Of a stretch of 64,000 nucleotides of DNA, positions 63,232-64,000 are shown piece by piece. The notes beneath the pieces are model-generated. The model did no database searches. It was given only the letters and a program-made list of their open reading frames with translations, and had not been told where the DNA came from. The stretch is from assembly GCA_016930715.1 (NCBI GenBank), contig JAFGGC010000013.1, positions 135,796-199,795 on the forward strand, in the 5' to 3' direction. Both the position numbers and the translations under genes were made by a program. The stretch comes from Endomicrobiales bacterium. GTDB taxonomy: Bacteria; Elusimicrobiota; Endomicrobiia; Endomicrobiales; JAFGGC01. Position 1 is the stretch's first letter. Each line of letters starts with the position of its first letter.

Positions 63232-64000
63232 ATGCACAATGAAGATGCTTCAAAAACCAACGCAAAATTCATTCTCGGAACGGCTCGCGAGGAAAAGAAA
63301 ATCCGGATGGATTCACCTGAATCGGTCGTCAGGGACTTGCTTCGCGCCGAAAAGGATATTGCCGTCGAAACCCTGAAAGCGCTGAGAAACAAGTACGAAA
63401 AATCAAAATCCGAATGGGAACGGCTGTATGCGGACAGGGAGCGGGAGATACTGGAGCTCAAAAAACAGATATCCGATGCCAACGACCGGATCAAGGAAAG
63501 GGACAGAAAATTTCAGGAAGAAAGGGAGTGTGAATTCGAACGGATGAAGCGGTCCGCCGCCGAGACGGAAGAGAAAAAGGTACTTGAAAAAAGAAAATGG
63601 GACGCTATTTCCGAAGAAATAAGGAAGTTCAAGGAGTCCTCTCTTTACGCGCAGAATAAACTGTTCGAAGAGCAGAGGGAGACCGACCGCCTTAGAAAGA
63701 ACATGGCTCTCATCGAGAAGGATTTCTCTGCCAAGACTGAAGTGTCGGAGGACAGCATATCAAGGCTCAAACAGCAGCTGATTCAGAAGGAGGAAGAGTT
63801 ACTGAAGGAAAAAGCGCGCCACGAAGAGCACGTCCATGTGTTGGACGAGCAGCTTTCGGCGCTTCAAAAGGTCGTGACCACCGAGACCGAAAGCCATGCA
63901 AGGATAATCGAGAAGAAGGAAAGAGACACGGCCGAACTTCAAAAGGCCCTGCAGGAGCTGATGATACAGCTCAATAAAGAAAGGGTCAGTAACGGCGATC
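63232..64000 (+). CDS. Long coiled-coil protein, 3'-truncated by the window edge (absent from the ORF track because no stop is reached)
   Basis: My own translation from the ATG at 63232 (GAGG lies 8 nt upstream) is MHNEDASKTNAKFILGTAREEKKIRMDSPES...EILELKKQISDANDRIKERDRKFQEERE...LKQQLIQKEEELLKEKARHEEHV...LQELMIQLNKERVSNGD. It is open to base 64000 and E/K/R/L-rich throughout. Confidence 0.6.
   Translation, partial: MHNEDASKTNAKFILGTAREEKKIRMDSPESVVRDLLRAEKDIAVETLKALRNKYEKSKSEWERLYADREREILELKKQISDANDRIKERDRKFQEERECEFERMKRSAAETEEKKVLEKRKWDAISEEIRKFKESSLYAQNKLFEEQRETDRLRKNMALIEKDFSAKTEVSEDSISRLKQQLIQKEEELLKEKARHEEHVHVLDEQLSALQKVVTTETESHARIIEKKERDTAELQKALQELMIQLNKERVSNGD

Overview
This is a gene-dense 64 kb bacterial chromosome segment with about 52 credible CDS. 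I saw no rRNA, tRNA or CRISPR by eye. Every credible gene lies on the + strand, and many neighbours overlap by 1-4 nt (ATGA, GTGA or TAGTG junctions), so the window reads as a few very long co-directional transcription units. The gene content (LolA, OmpA/MotB, PorV-like barrels, and a MoxR-DUF58-BatA-DUF4159-DUF4175 set) suggests an uncultivated diderm, possibly PVC-related or Omnitrophota-like. That taxon is a guess.

The window falls into six blocks:
- 1-5.1 kb: housekeeping genes (lolA fragment, rodZ-like, rimO, pgsA, pgpA, MBL hydrolase, xerD).
- 5.1-24.3 kb: a Bat/MoxR-type envelope operon that starts at a near-consensus promoter. It is interrupted by five glycosylation genes: three tandem DUF2723(TMEM260-like)-TPR paralogues, one PMT_2/ArnT-like GT-C enzyme and one GT2 polyprenol-phosphate sugar synthase.
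- 24.3-34.4 kb: a HEXXH peptidase-TPR protein, a CpXC protein, a TMTC-like GT-C/TPR protein, the CCA enzyme, an M50 protease, trpS, scpAB and a TIM-barrel isomerase.
- 34.4-52.6 kb: the most unusual block. Behind a consensus promoter sit a membrane Ser/Thr kinase with a PEGA array, a tail-fibre-like secreted protein, an Ig/FlgD-Ig-CTD protein, a PorV-like barrel, a coiled-coil orphan, a 2xFHA-TM-seven-FG-GAP protein, a membrane PP2C, a tandem-REC protein, a PorV-like barrel fused to TPRs, and then GalT-DUF5693-CsaB.
- 52.8-59.2 kb: ftsX-like, envC-like, ctp, yibQ, tsaD and dusB.
- 59.2-64 kb: larB, larC, motA with two motB paralogues, and a 3'-truncated coiled-coil gene.

Two short dispersed repeat families recur three times each. 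One is a set of GATTACACAGATT inverted box arrays. The other is a set of inverted heptamer arrays of GGTAAAA type. They always occur as a pair bracketing one or two genes.

All functional calls rest on motif recognition from the translated ORFs. No database search was run, so family names are recollection-based and the coordinates of alternative starts are judgement calls.
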